A stretch of 63,296 nt of DNA, filler included, from Atractiella rhizophila (Eukaryota): the NCBI GenBank assembly GCA_021432655.1. It is 5 parts of 5 records of this genome, joined end to end, with 100 filler letters (N's around TTAATTAATTAA, not from the genome) between each part and the next. Parts side by side here need not be neighbours in the genome. Positions count along the whole stretch, not along the records: positions 1 to 19,205 come from MU271786.1; positions 19,306 to 43,899 come from MU271787.1; 3 more parts are not named here. One strand, written 5' to 3'. Under the pieces are notes generated by a model. That model had not been told where the DNA came from. It did no database searches and was given only the letters and a program-made list of their open reading frames with translations. The translations under genes were made by a program, and so were the position numbers. Below, piece by piece: positions 13,125-26,200 of the stretch (position 1 is its first letter; each line of letters opens with the position of its first letter).

Positions 13125-14333
13125 GTGTTGGCGAGTGGTTTCTTTCTTCTTGCGTATTTTTTACGTTTGATGAGTGAACGAAGATGACCAGTAGATGTAT
13201 CGTCCGATCAATGTCGATTAATATGATTATACCCTGTTCTCTAGCATCCACTTCAAATGCTCAATGTTAGAATGGCACGTTAGCCCAGTCTAATTTGGAG
13301 ATCAAATGGTAGCGATTTACAGCAGTAACAAGATCTCACAATGCACAACGACAGCTAGCTCTGTTAATTCTGGCCAACTTGACTAGCTCCTCACCGACTG
13401 ATTATATCAACTTAGTCACTTGGTAATAGATAGATTAGACGGTCGATCTCGTGTCAGTGACCTATTGGGATTGTGACATATGGCGGCGATTCTCTGGGTG
13501 GAGACGAATTGTTCAGAATCACGATGAGACGCAACAAAAAGCTTGCAGATGAACCGTGGGCCGTGCTGTGTTGACACTCTCGACTCTGCTTGGTTTGGAA
13601 GGAGTGTTTTCAATGATTAATCCTTTGAGAGTCTCCTTCTTCTACCTTGGCTTATCCAGTTCTCGCAGAGCATTTGCATGAGTGGTTTCCGGTAGCCGCT
13701 CATTTGCCCTCCAGCTACTAGTCCTCAGGCTGCTAATCACCGCAACTTCCCTGAAATTTGCGAGGACATGGAGAGACGTGACATCTAATCCGGATAGTTC
13801 ATGACCTTGCTCAAGGAAATCAATGTCGCTTTATTGTTCGTTCGGTTCAACAAAAGATTCAAGTCTACTCTCCGCATGAGACGGCCCCTTCTTCTTGAAT
13901 GAATCGATTTTCCCGACGTGGAAGAGAAATGTGACTGGCTTTCGCCTTAATTCCAAGCCCCGATAATAGTACATTCTTTGGGCACTTTGGGGCGTAACAC
14001 CGAAGGGGATGTTCAGCACTTGCTTGCCGCTGGGGAAGTAAACTGATCATCGCTCAGTCAGCAACACGGCAACATCTGATGTCGAAGACTGGTCTTCCAT
14101 CGCCGGCTGGAACGTTCAATGTACCACCCGCCAAGTCTACGTTTCTCCACATCCACGGTGATCAGCATCAGGGTTCAATACTTCGACGCTCATCACTCAG
14201 TGTTGTTGCGGGAAGAGATGTTCGCTCACATCCGAACACCTTGGAGTGATTTAAATGAAGATATAAAGGGCAGGATCCTGTCAATATTCACTCCAACGCT
14301 CTTTCTGCACCAACGCGACTCGAACCAACCACC

Positions 14334-14898
14334 ATGAACGTTACTGAATCTCAACGGATCACCGCTGAAGCATGGGCACACAAGGTGGGTTCATTTTCGG
14401 CGTCCGAGCCCCTCTTCACTGTCGAAACTAATCTATCCATCCCTCAGACGCTCGAAGCAGCCGACACGCTGGACACAAATTTTTACGCCTCGCGTTTCGC
14501 GTCTGATGCTAACCTGAAGTTTGGGAACGACCCGACACTGGAGGGCAGGGAGGCCTTCAAGGCATGGCATGGCGCTCAGATCCATGTACTTGATAGCGTG
14601 CACCACAAGCACGTCTCTGTTTCCCTCTTCTCATAAGGGATTGAAGCTGATCGTCTCGCTCATCTTTAGGCTGCTCACGATTGATGTGCTCCCCAACAAA
14701 ACCATCATCACTACTCGTGTGCACTACAAGTTCAAGGAAGTCGACGAAGAGGTGGTGGTACCAGTCATGGGTTTCTGGTTGAAAAGCCCGGAGGAAGCAG
14801 AGGCGAGAGGTATGGAAGCATACGGGGATTTTGGACAGGTAAAAGTGAAGGCTTTTGAAAGTATGAAGAAGTTGGGATTGTTACCTCCGGGCCAGTGA
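14334..14898 (+). CDS. SnoaL/NTF2-like small protein, 3 exons
   Basis: FYASRFASDANLKFGNDPTLEGREAFKAW..SVHHK/LLTIDV pattern; GT-AG introns at ~14385-14447 and ~14613-14669; TATA-like TATAAAG at ~14263. Confidence 0.7.
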
Positions 14899-15608
14899 AG
14901 AGCTGAGCCAAACTGTGTAACGCACAATGCAGTCAAAGTTTGTTGATGAGAGTTGATGAAAGCAGCATGGCAATGAATGGAATTGGTCAACTACTAGTAC
15001 TTCGATGGCGTTTTCAATATATCAATATGTTGAAAATTTCAATGGTGGACCAATGCCAGTGGCGTATGTCATGTTGGTCATGACGATGGGGCGCCTTTCT
15101 TTCTACCCATGTCTACTCGAGCAAGCGGCTATTGGACAGTGGGAGGACCGCTTCATCCCACTATCACGCACCAGATATCAAGAATGGCCTATACCTATGT
15201 ACAACGTCGCCTCGTCGCTTCCATCTGCTTTGCAAGCTGACTGAGGCAGCACCGGCGGAGGCAGAGAACCGTTTTAGGCACGCCTCAAGCCCAGAGCGAG
15301 GTGTCGAAGCGATAGGAGTTAGATTGTCATTGACAGGTTTGAAGCTTGAGATCGCAAGAGTATATTCTCGCGCTTGGTGCGAGTGTCACCAGTGATTCTT
15401 CCGTGGTTCTTGGGTCCATTTTCCAGTTATGAATGCTCCTTTTGCTTGCTTGAACACATTTTTTCTGTGAGCTGCACTTGATTTAATTTCGCCACTGCGC
15501 GCCTATATATTGGGCAAGGCGACGGACTTCTATTACACTTGACGCTGATAATAGCACAAGTTCAAAGCAGACGGGCAGACGTTGACATGTTTGACAAATT
15601 TGACATCT

Positions 15609-16612
15609 ATGGTTTTCTTGAAGCCGATATTCGATCGAATGTACGTTCGTACCCTTCTCCCTTCTCCCAAAGATGTATATTATGGGTTTCAAGAGGTGGA
15701 AAACCCTAAGCTCGCCAAAAAAACATCAGAGCTTTCGAAATCCAGAGATGGAGCTATCAACAGCGTAAGCATACAACATCTGTCGATGGTCCACAACGTA
15801 ATCTAAATCGATACTTTTACAGTCCTGGTATCAGGCTGCAGATAACCAAGGTCAGTTGACTTTTGCCGTTTCCTGGGGTTGCTAGCATTGATGGCAGGTT
15901 CCAATCAGGTGTATCAACAGGATCTGAGCAGGATCGGATTTGAGGGCCACATTGCCTTAGGATTTTCTCTTTCGCTAGATGGGGCCAACTCCGAACAGCG
16001 CAACATTACCAACCTGGTTGTCAGCGTCAAATTTCCTCTTGAGAATGTTCGCGATTCGCCCCGCATAGTGTCTATGTATCCATTCAAACCCCTTATCAAT
16101 TGGTCAGCACAAATCTCCCTTTCATGACTCTTTGTGAAGATTGATTGAATCAATATTTTAGGATTAAGAAGCCGGAACGAAAGCCACTGGGAGGCACGAT
16201 TGCTTATCCGAAGGATTTTAACGATGGCTTCGGGATATATCGCACTAAATGGAATTCTGCAGGATTGGATACCAACGTGGCAACGTGGTCGCTCAAAGGT
16301 GAGATCGCTTGCCACTTTTTCAAGAACGGAGCCGCAGGAGGAGTTGACATGTCGACAGGTGAACATTTGACAGATCCGTCTTGCTTTTCTTTAGTCGTCA
16401 CCGTCCCCCCGGGCAATGGGGATTTTAGTATCGAGGTTAGAGCCAGGGTTTCCACTGAGAATAATCTGGTCTCCTTCTTGGGAAGAAGCGTTGGGGTTGC
16501 AGAGGCAACATTGGTCCTCCCACCAAATGACTGCTGGAACTCTGACTGGACTGACCCTGGTAGCCACACCAGCTGGCTTACTGCACAAGATGTTGAGCCT
16601 GATTGGGCTTGA
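15609..16612 (+). CDS. Uncharacterised beta-rich protein, similar to the 55703-57115 product
   Basis: TATA at ~15503, ATG 15609, GT-AG introns linking ORFs 15582-15806, 15879-16127 and 16145-16612. Confidence 0.6.
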
Positions 16613-17121
16613 ATGGGTTTATGTGTACACGTTCTCAGGTCAAATCTGCAATCAGCTTTTCGCCCTTGCCTGTCCTAAATTCTTACGTAGCTGGCCCAAG
16701 TCTAGTGAGCATTAATATTGAGCCTTAATATTTCGCTGTGACCAGGTAAGTTGTCGACGATGTGCCATGCAATTTTTACGTTCGAGTCTGGTGCCATAGG
16801 TTGTCAACATGCATCAAGATAGACGACAGGATGTTCGGATCTTCTCAAAACCTACAGGATGTAAGTACACATTTGAACTTCCATGTTTGAGTCGTTTGAG
16901 AAGGAGAATTTGGGAACCACCATAATGGGAACAAGGGCCGGGAGAAACAAGTCTAGATCAATTATTTCAACAGTATCCACACAAAAAGCAGAAGGGATAA
17001 AACTAATCGAACACGAAACAACAGGCAGTCAGCACTCAAACCCAGAATGGAGTCTACGAAGCATCAGTTTGGTTCTGAAAGAGCGTTCTCATGTTTTGTT
17101 TTTTCACTCCCAAGGGAGAGC

Positions 17122-18167
17122 TCAATGCTGAATCTCATTCGCCTCCCGCTTCCCCTTCTCGCCGACATCTTCAGCCTTCTCCTTCACCTCCTCTCCTTTC
17201 TTCTCTCCCTTCCTGACCAACTCTTTCAACCCCTCGACCGCTTCCTGTAACACTGGCCCAGCTTGGGTCCTGGTATAATTGAGCACGTTTCCAGCCCTGG
17301 TGCTGAGGGGCACATCAGCCTTTCCGAGTTCAGTCTTAATATCGGTGTAGCCTGCGGACAGACGAGAAAGGAGGGGTGAGAGGGCAGTCTGGACGTGTGA
17401 AGGCTGTTTCAGTGGAGAGAGGGTCAGCATTGGTTAAGATTAAAGAAGGGGAGAGAGACATACCAATGCAGATCCTTGCTCCTTCGCATACTGAAGGACG
17501 CTCTCCACCTCACCAACTAATGCGTTCGAGATACCAAGAATCCTCTCTCCTGCTTGGTGAGCGGCATTGGATGGGCCAGCGAGAAGAGCTTCGAGGCGTT
17601 CTTGAAGCGGTTTGATGGTCCTGAGCGCGTCAAATTCATGTCAGATCTGATTGCATAACACATAACAAAAAAGTGAAGACAGACTCTAATGTCGCGTTCA
17701 GGCGGGCCTGGGTATAATGAACAGCGTTATCAGCTGGCTGACGGGCGCGAGCAATGACCTCCTCCGTTGGGGTCTCGAAGGGATAAGGGTATTTCCTAAT
17801 ACATAGTTTGCACGTTGTCTCCCGATAAATTAATAAGAAAAGACGGACCTTTGAACGTAATCGAGTCCAGAGTTTAGATACTCATCCACGGCCTTGATCT
17901 GACCGTGTAACCTCTTTTGAACGGGAAGAGACCTCTCATAAGCTGCCTGGGAGTAGATGCAAGTGGTATCATAGACTTTCTTGGAAAGTGGGTACGAGTT
18001 GAGAAGGGAGTGGGTTTGGATGATTGAGGAGTGTATGAGCGGTATGTCAGATACCTATTTATCGTTAGTCAGTCTTATCGCCACGCAAAAAGTTGAAAGG
18101 AACGCACACGCTGAATGATCGTGAACTGAGGCACGTCTCCTTGCGGTTGCTGAGTTTCTGTCGACAT
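17122..18167 (-). CDS. Perilipin-like lipid droplet protein (fungal CAP20/MPL1 type)
   Basis: MSTETQQ..FTIIQRV/SDIPLIHSSI..HSLLNSYPLSK..GQIKAVDEYLNSGLDYVQ..KYPYPFETPTEEV; helical K/E-rich C-terminus; several short introns. Confidence 0.7.
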
Positions 18168-19205
18168 TCTTCTTTCGTTCGCTATTCGCAAGAAACTGTC
18201 TAAATCTTCGAGGCTGGCTATGAAATTTTCTGTAGCAAGAAGTCGCTGTGAGCCACTGCCGATTTGAAGGTGCGAAGGGAGAGGAACAACTTTTATGAGG
18301 TACGCGCTGACATGTGAAATCAATCCGAAATGCGCACTGCGGGTGGCGACTTATCAGCTGAATGCGAACTAACTTACACTTTTCAATCGAGTTCCTTCAT
18401 TTCTTTCAACGACCACAGCTGCGTGTATGCACCCTGCAACGTTCAGCCATTCATCAAGCTGTACATATGTCGTCATTTCCCAAATCTGACAGGATCCGGC
18501 AGGATCAAGAGAGATCGAAGGAAATTGTTGTACGGTTGATTGTGATGACAGGGACGGATATTGTGCTTTGGCTAAATCTCGCTTGGACGCCCATTTTGAG
18601 CCAGGCTTTGGGCTGAAGGCAAGTGAATATCTTTGGGATGATCGGGATTGTTGAAAGGGACAATGTTGTAAAACCCAGGACTGGTTGCTTACCTGTAACG
18701 TGGGCGAACACCCATGCTGAATGTGGAGAGTGAAAGCCTTTGATTGAGATTGCTCAGATTGCTCATTCACAAATCCCTAAAGGAGGCGGAGTAAGCTGTT
18801 TTCAAGCTCGTTTATGGCGTCTGAATCTCTGAAGGAGCGACTTCCAACGGTAGCCCCTTTTCAGGAGATGAAGGCTTTGAAATTTTGCGTGAAGTGTGAT
18901 GCGGGGAACCTCTTACTAGGTCGCAAATTAAAGAAATACTTCTTAAACCCAGAGCTAGACCCCTCCTCATCCGCGGTGACCAGGCTCAGCCGAAAGTGTG
19001 CAAAGGCGTCAGGTTGATAACCGACACCGAGACCCATGTTGCAATGGCAGAGTCTGTCACTAATTCTTCCATTAACAAATATTAATGGTGAGCCATCGAA
19101 AGTCTATTAAGCGAATGAATGGATCAGTCACACCTCGACATTGAAGGTTCAAGGAGTTGTTTGTTGTGATGCATTACGCATTTCCCACCCCAGTTTCCGT
19201 GCCTT

Positions 19206-19305
19206 NNNNNNNNNNNNNNNNNNNNNNNNNNNNNNNNNNNNNNNNNNNNTTAATTAATTAANNNNNNNNNNNNNNNNNNNNNNNNNNNNNNNNNNNNNNN
19301 NNNNN
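19206..19305. other. Artificial contig linker (N44-TTAATTAATTAA-N44)
   Basis: Identical 100-nt spacer occurs four times; TTAATTAATTAA places stop codons in all six frames. Confidence 0.97.
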
Positions 19306-19517
19306 CGCTCAATTGAGCCATCAGACTTCTTCTTGATAGCAAACACCCATCTGGATCCAATGACTTTTGCTCCCTTTGGTGGCTTTACCAGCACCCAACT
19401 CTTGTGTCCAAGTGCGCTTGAACCTCCTTCACCGTCGCCTCATGCCATTGTTTCGCCTCTGGAGTCTTCATGGCTTCTGCATATGTCTTGGGGATGTGAT
19501 CTTGCACTCCTGTAGCC

Positions 19518-19723
19518 TGTTGGATTAGCTGTTATATTTTGTGGTCAGCCACCTTTGTTGTGTTTGCTTCATTTCGGAGTTTTAGCCCCCTAGGGGGCAG
19601 GTTAGGCGGTCATCATCTTTGACCACCAATCTCTGTCCCCTAGGTATGTGTTTCCCTATCAATGTCATCATCTTTGACCACCAATCTCTGTCCCCTAGCT
19701 CCATCCAGCATCAGATTCTCTCA
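19518..19723 (+). repeat. Solo LTR of copia family A with 5-bp target-site duplication TAGCC
   Basis: TGTTGG...CTCTCA; TAGCC at 19513-19517 and 19724-19728; reverse complement of the LTRs at 22763-22928 and 32206-32430. Confidence 0.92.
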
Positions 19724-22700
19724 TAGCCATGGCCTGTTCAGTAACCTCCATAAAACCACACTCCAACGCTTCAGGCTCCGTAATAATCCAACAATCCTTA
19801 GCCAGCATTGCCAACTCGTCCTCAGAGCTCTCCTCCTGTGGTTGGGGCAGCTTAGGTGCCTTCCAGAACTCGACTGGTGGTCTCCTCTGTCGTTCAGGAT
19901 AGCGTCTTTCGACTGGTGGAGGAGCTGCAGGGGCAAGGATAGCTTGAGGAGGCGTCATTTGGAGAGGATCAGGCGATTCTGTCTGTCTTCCCACCATCAT
20001 TAGTCCAGTCCAAGGGTCTCTCTGAGGAACAAGACGTAGTGGGGGTGTTACTGGCAGCTCTGCAGCAGCCTGTGGCCTGTCTGGTGCTTCTTCCCTCTCT
20101 TGCTCCGCTTCCTGATTTTCTCCTTCGTCCCTTAATCCTTCAAAACGATTTGGGGACTCCACCCTGAGTCTCTCCCGCTCTCCCTGATCTTCCAAAGCAT
20201 CCTCCTCCTCTTCATCTTCACCAAAATCCAAAAGGACGGCAGGAGCATCTCTCTTTTCTTCTCCCACCTGATCCTGACGTTCTTTCCACTCGCCCAGTGG
20301 TCCCTGAGGCGGTTCCAACGCGTTCTCCTTCCTCCTGACTTTGCAAAGCATCTCCCTCTCATCAAATTTCGCAATATCTCGAGTGTAGACCTTCTTAGAC
20401 ACTGGATCCCAGAAATCCCAGCCTTTAGCGTTGGTAGGGTAACCTATAAAAGGCACATCTGCGTGTATGGGATGCCAGACTGTGCCGTCTTTCTTCCTTC
20501 TGAACTTGGACATAGGCAGTGGAGCCTAGGACTCTGAAACGTGAAATATCAACCAATTGTCCTGTTAATTTTGTGTAGGGAATGGAGTGATTGATGGAGG
20601 AAGAAGGGGATCTGTTCCTCATGTGAACAACAGCCGAAGCAAGGTGAGGCCAGAGGAATAGTGGCAAACCAGATTCCTCCAGTATCGCCACCATACCCTC
20701 CTGAATCGTCCTATTTGCTCTCTCTGCTTTCCCATTTTAATGGGGAGAGTTCCTAATCGTTTGTTCACGCTGGATGCCACAATTTCGAAGGTATTCATTG
20801 AAATCTGTTGAGGAGTAGGCGCCTTCTTTGTCCTCCCTGAATCTCTTGATTTTCCTTCCAGTCAACGTCTCCATCATAGCTTTGTACTCCTTAAAGCGTT
20901 GAGGTGCTTCTGACTTCTTCCTGAGAAAAGCAATCGTCCAGTGACTTGTTGCCTCATCGATAAAGGTCACCCAATAGCGAAATCCTTCTCTTGAAGCAAC
21001 TGGGAGCGGTCCATGAAGATCTGAGCTGATCCTCCCTAAAATTTCCGTCTCCCTATTCTCTGCAGCCTTGTTGTAGATCCTATGCTGCTTCCCAGCGATG
21101 CAGGGCTCACAGACGGGGTCAGGAGCGTCTTCTGAGTCCAGAATCATTCCTTTCACGAGTCCTTTCTTCAGCATTCGCTTTACGTCTTCATGATTCAAGT
21201 GGGCAAGTCTCCTGTGCCACAGGGAAGCGTTTAGAGGGGTAGTGGAGGCATGTGCAACGAATTCTGAGGTCATGAGCGTTCTTCCATCGATGATGGCACT
21301 CATGCTTCCTCTCCTGTGGTCAACGGTCGCTAAGAAGCAGAGATTTCCAGCCTTGAGGAAGCGTACTCTGCTCCCAATGATGGTCACAGTTACACCTTCG
21401 AAGATTGTGAGCTTGAAAACAGATAGGAGATTGCTGCACAATTTGGGGACGTGTAGGACATTGTGAATGGTGACCTTCTTCGACTTTTTATCCTCCAATT
21501 TCGCCTCAATCACCACTTCTCCTATCCCAGTAGACCAGATCACTTCTCCATTCGCAACTCTGATGGGTACAACGTGTTTTTGATAGGATTTGAAGAAGTG
21601 GGAATGTGGAGTCATTGATGAAGTTGCTCCTGTATCGATAATCCAGTCAGTCCCAGCTTTCTGGCGACTAATGGCATCATCTACCGCTGCATAACTGGTC
21701 TCTCCAGCGAATTCTGGCTTTTCCCCTTCGACTTTGGCTTCCTTCACCGCTTCCAGCTTGCCATACTTCGATCTGTACTTCTCCAACTCGAGCCTATTGC
21801 GTCCAGAAGCAGTTTCTGGGCAGTGGGAGACGAAGTGGCCCTTCCTGTGGCAGTAGTTGCACACAGATTGCGAAAAATCTCGAGTTCCTCCTCTTCCACC
21901 ACCTCTGCCACCTCTGGGATGCCATCCTCCTCGTCCTCTGTTGCTGCTGGATGCCTGATTTGCCATTTGATTGTTGGAGATGGCTTCCTCTGAGTTCTTG
22001 GTGGCTTGGATTGAGTAGAATGCTTGTTTGATCGATTGGAGGTCGGTGGATGTCATCAGGGTTAAGTTCTGGACGAAACTAGCGTATTCTGGGCCTAAGG
22101 AGCGAATGAGAGCGAAGGATTGGAGCTCTTCCTTCAAATCATCAAGGGAATAGTCCTTGGAGAGTGTGTTGGTGAAGTCTAGAAGCAGCTGGTCGCTTCT
22201 GGCACACAGGGTGATCAGAGATTCGCTTTCCTTCTTCTGGAGGGCAAGGAGGGTGTTGAGGGCAGTGAAACGAGTTGAGGAGCGCTTCTGTTGGTGGATT
22301 TCTTGAAGGGTAGACCAGATCTTGACTGGATCTTGAAGGACAGAGACCACATGGGCTTTCTGGGTCGCTTCTAGGCTAAGGAACAGGATCCCAGCCGCTT
22401 TGGAGCTGTCCTTTTGCCACTGTTTTTGCTCCTTCAAATCTTCTGGTTTTGTCTCTACTCCAGAGACTATCTCCCATAACCCCATTCGCATAAATTCCGC
22501 CTGCATATCAATGCACCAGGTGCCATAGTTTTTCTCTCCAAGGGGGGTAATCAAAATTTTACTTTCTTCAGCCATGGTGATAAAATTCGAGTTTGGATCG
22601 TCCGATCTTCGTAGAAATGGGTGGATATAGGCGTAAGGGGGTCTCGTTTATGATCCCAAAGTTTCAAACCGATTGGACAACGGATGGCTGAGTGATCAAA

Positions 22701-22762
22701 ATTTTCAACCAAGTGGGTGGCAAAACTGATCTGTCAATCCCTAGCCACCGCTCTCGAAACCA

Positions 22763-22928
22763 TGAGAGAATCTGATGCTGGATGGAGCTAGGGGACAGAG
22801 ATTGGTGGTCAAAGATGATGACCGGATAAACTGCCCCCTAGGGGGCTAAAACTCCGAAATGAAGCAAACACAACAAAGGTGGCTGACCACACAACACAAG
22901 ACCACAAAATATAACACCTAATCCAACA
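22763..22928 (-). repeat. 5' LTR of copia family A copy 1, followed by a PBS
   Basis: TG...CA ends; followed on the minus strand by TGGTTTCGAGAGCGG, a variant of the TGGTAGCGAGAG PBS seen after other LTRs (initiator-Met-tRNA type by inference). Confidence 0.9.
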
Positions 22929-23290
22929 CTGATGTGATGATGATGTGATGGTGGCAAATTTCGAAATTTTGACTCTTCTGATCAAGGTGAGCTGTTGTAG
23001 GATAGTAGAAGAGCCTCTTGTGAATGCAATGGCGATAAAATCGTCCAGATCAGACAAGATCTGACTTCGAAAAGTCGAAAAATCTGTTTTGGGGGTATGA
23101 AGGAGGTGATGGAGTGGCTATCTCGAAATTTTCGCTTATTGTGACCAAGATAGTTCCTAGTAAAGTTGTAGCGCCGTGTTTCAAGATCAAAATAAGCCCT
23201 ATAACATCCAAATTTGTCAAAGTTTCAGTCCAGGGTGGCAAAGTGCGTTTTGAGGCAGGAAGTGGGTGGTAAGGTGATGGATTTCGATTT
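22929..23290 (-). mobile_element. 5' leader fragment of copia family B (continues at 32985-32805 across an inversion)
   Basis: 23098-23290 is closely similar to 28369-28562, which lies next to a family B LTR and PBS. Confidence 0.8.
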
Positions 23291-26200
23291 TTTCTTCAAA
23301 CGAGGACTCAATCCTGCCCTACATCTCAAAGTAACCCAAGGAGAGTTCCCAAAATCGCTAGAAGATTCTTTCCAGTCTGGAAAGAAAAATCTCGGCGAAT
23401 TGATGCAGAAGAATCTGCTCATTCAACCTTCTTTCGAAACATCCCATCGGCGAGAGACGGACCCCAGAATACATTTTCTGCCAAAAGAGACAGCTCAAAA
23501 TCATCAAAGCACAGGGAGAGCAGAACACCCGTATCGTATCGACCGAACATCAGTTGGCCAACGGTCGTCGATCCGTCACCAAACGCCGGTACAAACGCTC
23601 ATAGAGCCAAGGACCCCGATGACATGGAAGCTGATGTGACAAAATCTAGACCTCCCCGTTGCAGACGATGCCAAAAGATAGGACATCGGGAAAGAGAAGG
23701 TAGAACGACCATGAACAAGGAACAATATCTCTGAGCTCGAGGAGAATATTTTGATTCAAAAATGATGCACCAAGAGCGACAATTTGGACAATTCGCCGAC
23801 CAGTCGCCGAAAACGAGTGTTACCCAGTCGAAAGATCTGGAGGAGGATTTTTAGGATGGCGGTGGATGAAAGAAGTGTCCCCATTGCCGACTTGCAATTC
23901 ATTTATGTCGTCTAAAATCACTTCCATCAAAACGCCGCCCAGCACAGTATTCCCCTCTTCTGAACAAGACTCCCCATTCCCGAAATTGTGTTTCCTTCCT
24001 GGAGACAAAGATGCGCAGAAGTCGCAAAAATGTACGACAAAGTCCATTTACGCTCGACAACAGCATCCCTTGTCAGTTCGAAGACGAAGCTCAAAACCGC
24101 ATTCCATCATCCACATTCCCATTGCCGACACGCCACATCGGCGCTCGTTGACAGCGCGGCAACCACTTCTTTTATTTCTCCAAAACTTGTTTCCGCATAC
24201 AACCTACCGTCACTCAACTCCCTTCCCCAGTGCCCGTTTACAATATGGACAGATCCCTCAATCAAGGGGGTTCCATCCATTCTGTCGCTTATTTACCCAT
24301 TTCGGTCGCCGCCCATCACAAAGTTTGGCAATTCGCGGTGGCGGAGTTGGGGACGGTCGACATGATTCTGGGTCATGACTGGCTAAGACACCACAACCCA
24401 GAGATCAACTGGGACTAAGGGAAAGTTGAATTCTCTCGTTGCCCTACCAGTTGCAATGCAGATGACGTATCTATCACTCGCGAACACTTCCTGTCATCGT
24501 CTACCTCGATACGAGCCGCTATGACAAAATCGCAGAAACTGGCAAAAGACACAGCGGCAATGAGACCAAAAAATGTCGTCGAAATACCAACGCAAATCGC
24601 CGATTTTGCAGACATTTCCGACAACGAAAAATTCAAAACCTCACTTCCCCCTCAACGACCTTGGGACCACGCGATCAACCTCATACCGGAAACCAGAGCA
24701 TATGCAGGTCCTGTCTACCCCTTGAAAAGGGACGAACAAGCGGCGCTCGACCAATTCATTGACACTGAACTGAGCGCCGGTCGTATATGTCCTAGCACAG
24801 GTAAACATGGAGCTTCTGTTTTTTTTCACGCACAAAATGACTCCTCCGAACTTCGCCCCCTTTTCGATTATCGGAAGCTGAATGAAGCCACAGTCAAAGA
24901 CAAGACCCCACTCCCCATTCAAGCTGACCTCTTTTCCATGGTTTCCAGTAAGAAGTTTTTCAGCAAGATTGATCTGAGGAAAGGATTCAACAACGTTTGT
25001 ATCAAGCAAGGAGACGAACACAAAGCGGCGTTTCGCACAAATTGAGGACTTTTCGAACCATTGGTGATGTATTTTGGCCTCTGCAACTCACCAGGGACTT
25101 TTCAAGCTTTTCTGAACTCTATTTTCCGCGCGATGATCGCCGCTGCGTTCATCTTCATATACATCGACGATATCCTGATTGCGACAGAGACAGAAGAAGA
25201 ACACTGGGAACATGTCCGACAAGTTTGTCAAATTTTGCGCGAAAATGGGCTTTATGTTAACTTACAGAAATGTGTTTGGTGTCAAAGCGAAGTAGAGTAT
25301 CTAGGATTGATCATTACCAGCAGTGGGATTGAACCGGATCCAGTAAAGGTTGCAGGAGTGATGGATTGGCCAGAACCAAAAAACACGAAGGAGGTCCAAA
25401 TGTTCCTCAGTTTCGCTAATTTCTATCGCCGCTTTTGCGATAGATTCAGTCACATTGCAAGACCTTTATATGAACTGACCAAAAAGGAGGTTTCCTGGAT
25501 CTGGGGGTAGATGAACAACGTTCGTTCGCCGCTTTGAAACAGCTCATGACTTTGGCGCCCGTTTTGGCACATCCCAAACAAATAGGACGTTTTTTGCTCG
25601 AAGTCGACACATCAAATTTCGCGACGGGCGCCGTTTTGTCACAAATGAAGCAGGATGGGAAGTTTCACCCGATCGGTTTCGTGTCAAAATCGCTAGACGC
25701 TGCCCAGAGGAACTACGACACCTACGACAAAGAAATGCTCGTGATTATGCACGGACTGTAAGAATGGAGACACCTTCTCCAAGGTACTGATGAGCCATTT
25801 CTGATCTTGACCGATCATAAAAATCTTGAGTATTTCAGAATGCCACAAAAGTTGAATCGGTGACAAGCATGCTGGATCACGGAACTCGCATCCTTCAAGT
25901 TCACTCTTTTACACCGTCCTAGACGAAACTCTGCAAAACCAGATGCGCTCAATCGGCGGCCGGATCATAAACCGGCGACTTGCGACAACTCTGACGTAGT
26001 ATTACTCCCAGAACGTTTTTTCAACACGGATTATATCACCATCAACGCGATGGGGAGCACGGTTGCGCTCACAAGACAAATGTCGGAGTTGATATACTGG
26101 AACGTGTCAAAAAAGTGCCTGGATGGGAAGAACAAGTAGTCGAGGCCTTGAGAGAGATCCTAGAAGAACCAGTGGATGCAATTCGCCGACGAGAGCGGTA

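Larger units (their letters stand above)
19306..22928 (-). mobile_element. Ty1/copia retrotransposon family A, copy 1 (5' LTR, gag, protease, integrase, start of RT; cut by gap; defective)
   Basis: Gag with zinc knuckle CNYCHRKGHFVSHC; protease WIIDTGATSSMT; integrase HHCC (WHRRLAH..CEPC), SDLHGP, FIDEAT; RT start IGSRWVFAIKKKSDGSIER at 19306-19400. In-frame TAA at 20737-20739 (PH*NGKAER) and a frameshift in a T-run at ~20450. Confidence 0.95.

Noticed and set aside
18330..19205. Several 60-130 aa ORFs upstream of the perilipin-like gene
   Set aside because: No recognisable motifs or coherent splice model.
19250..19261. Repeated palindrome TTAATTAATTAA inside N runs (four copies)
   Set aside because: Assembly linker with six-frame stops; not biological. 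ORFs ending in X runs are artefacts.
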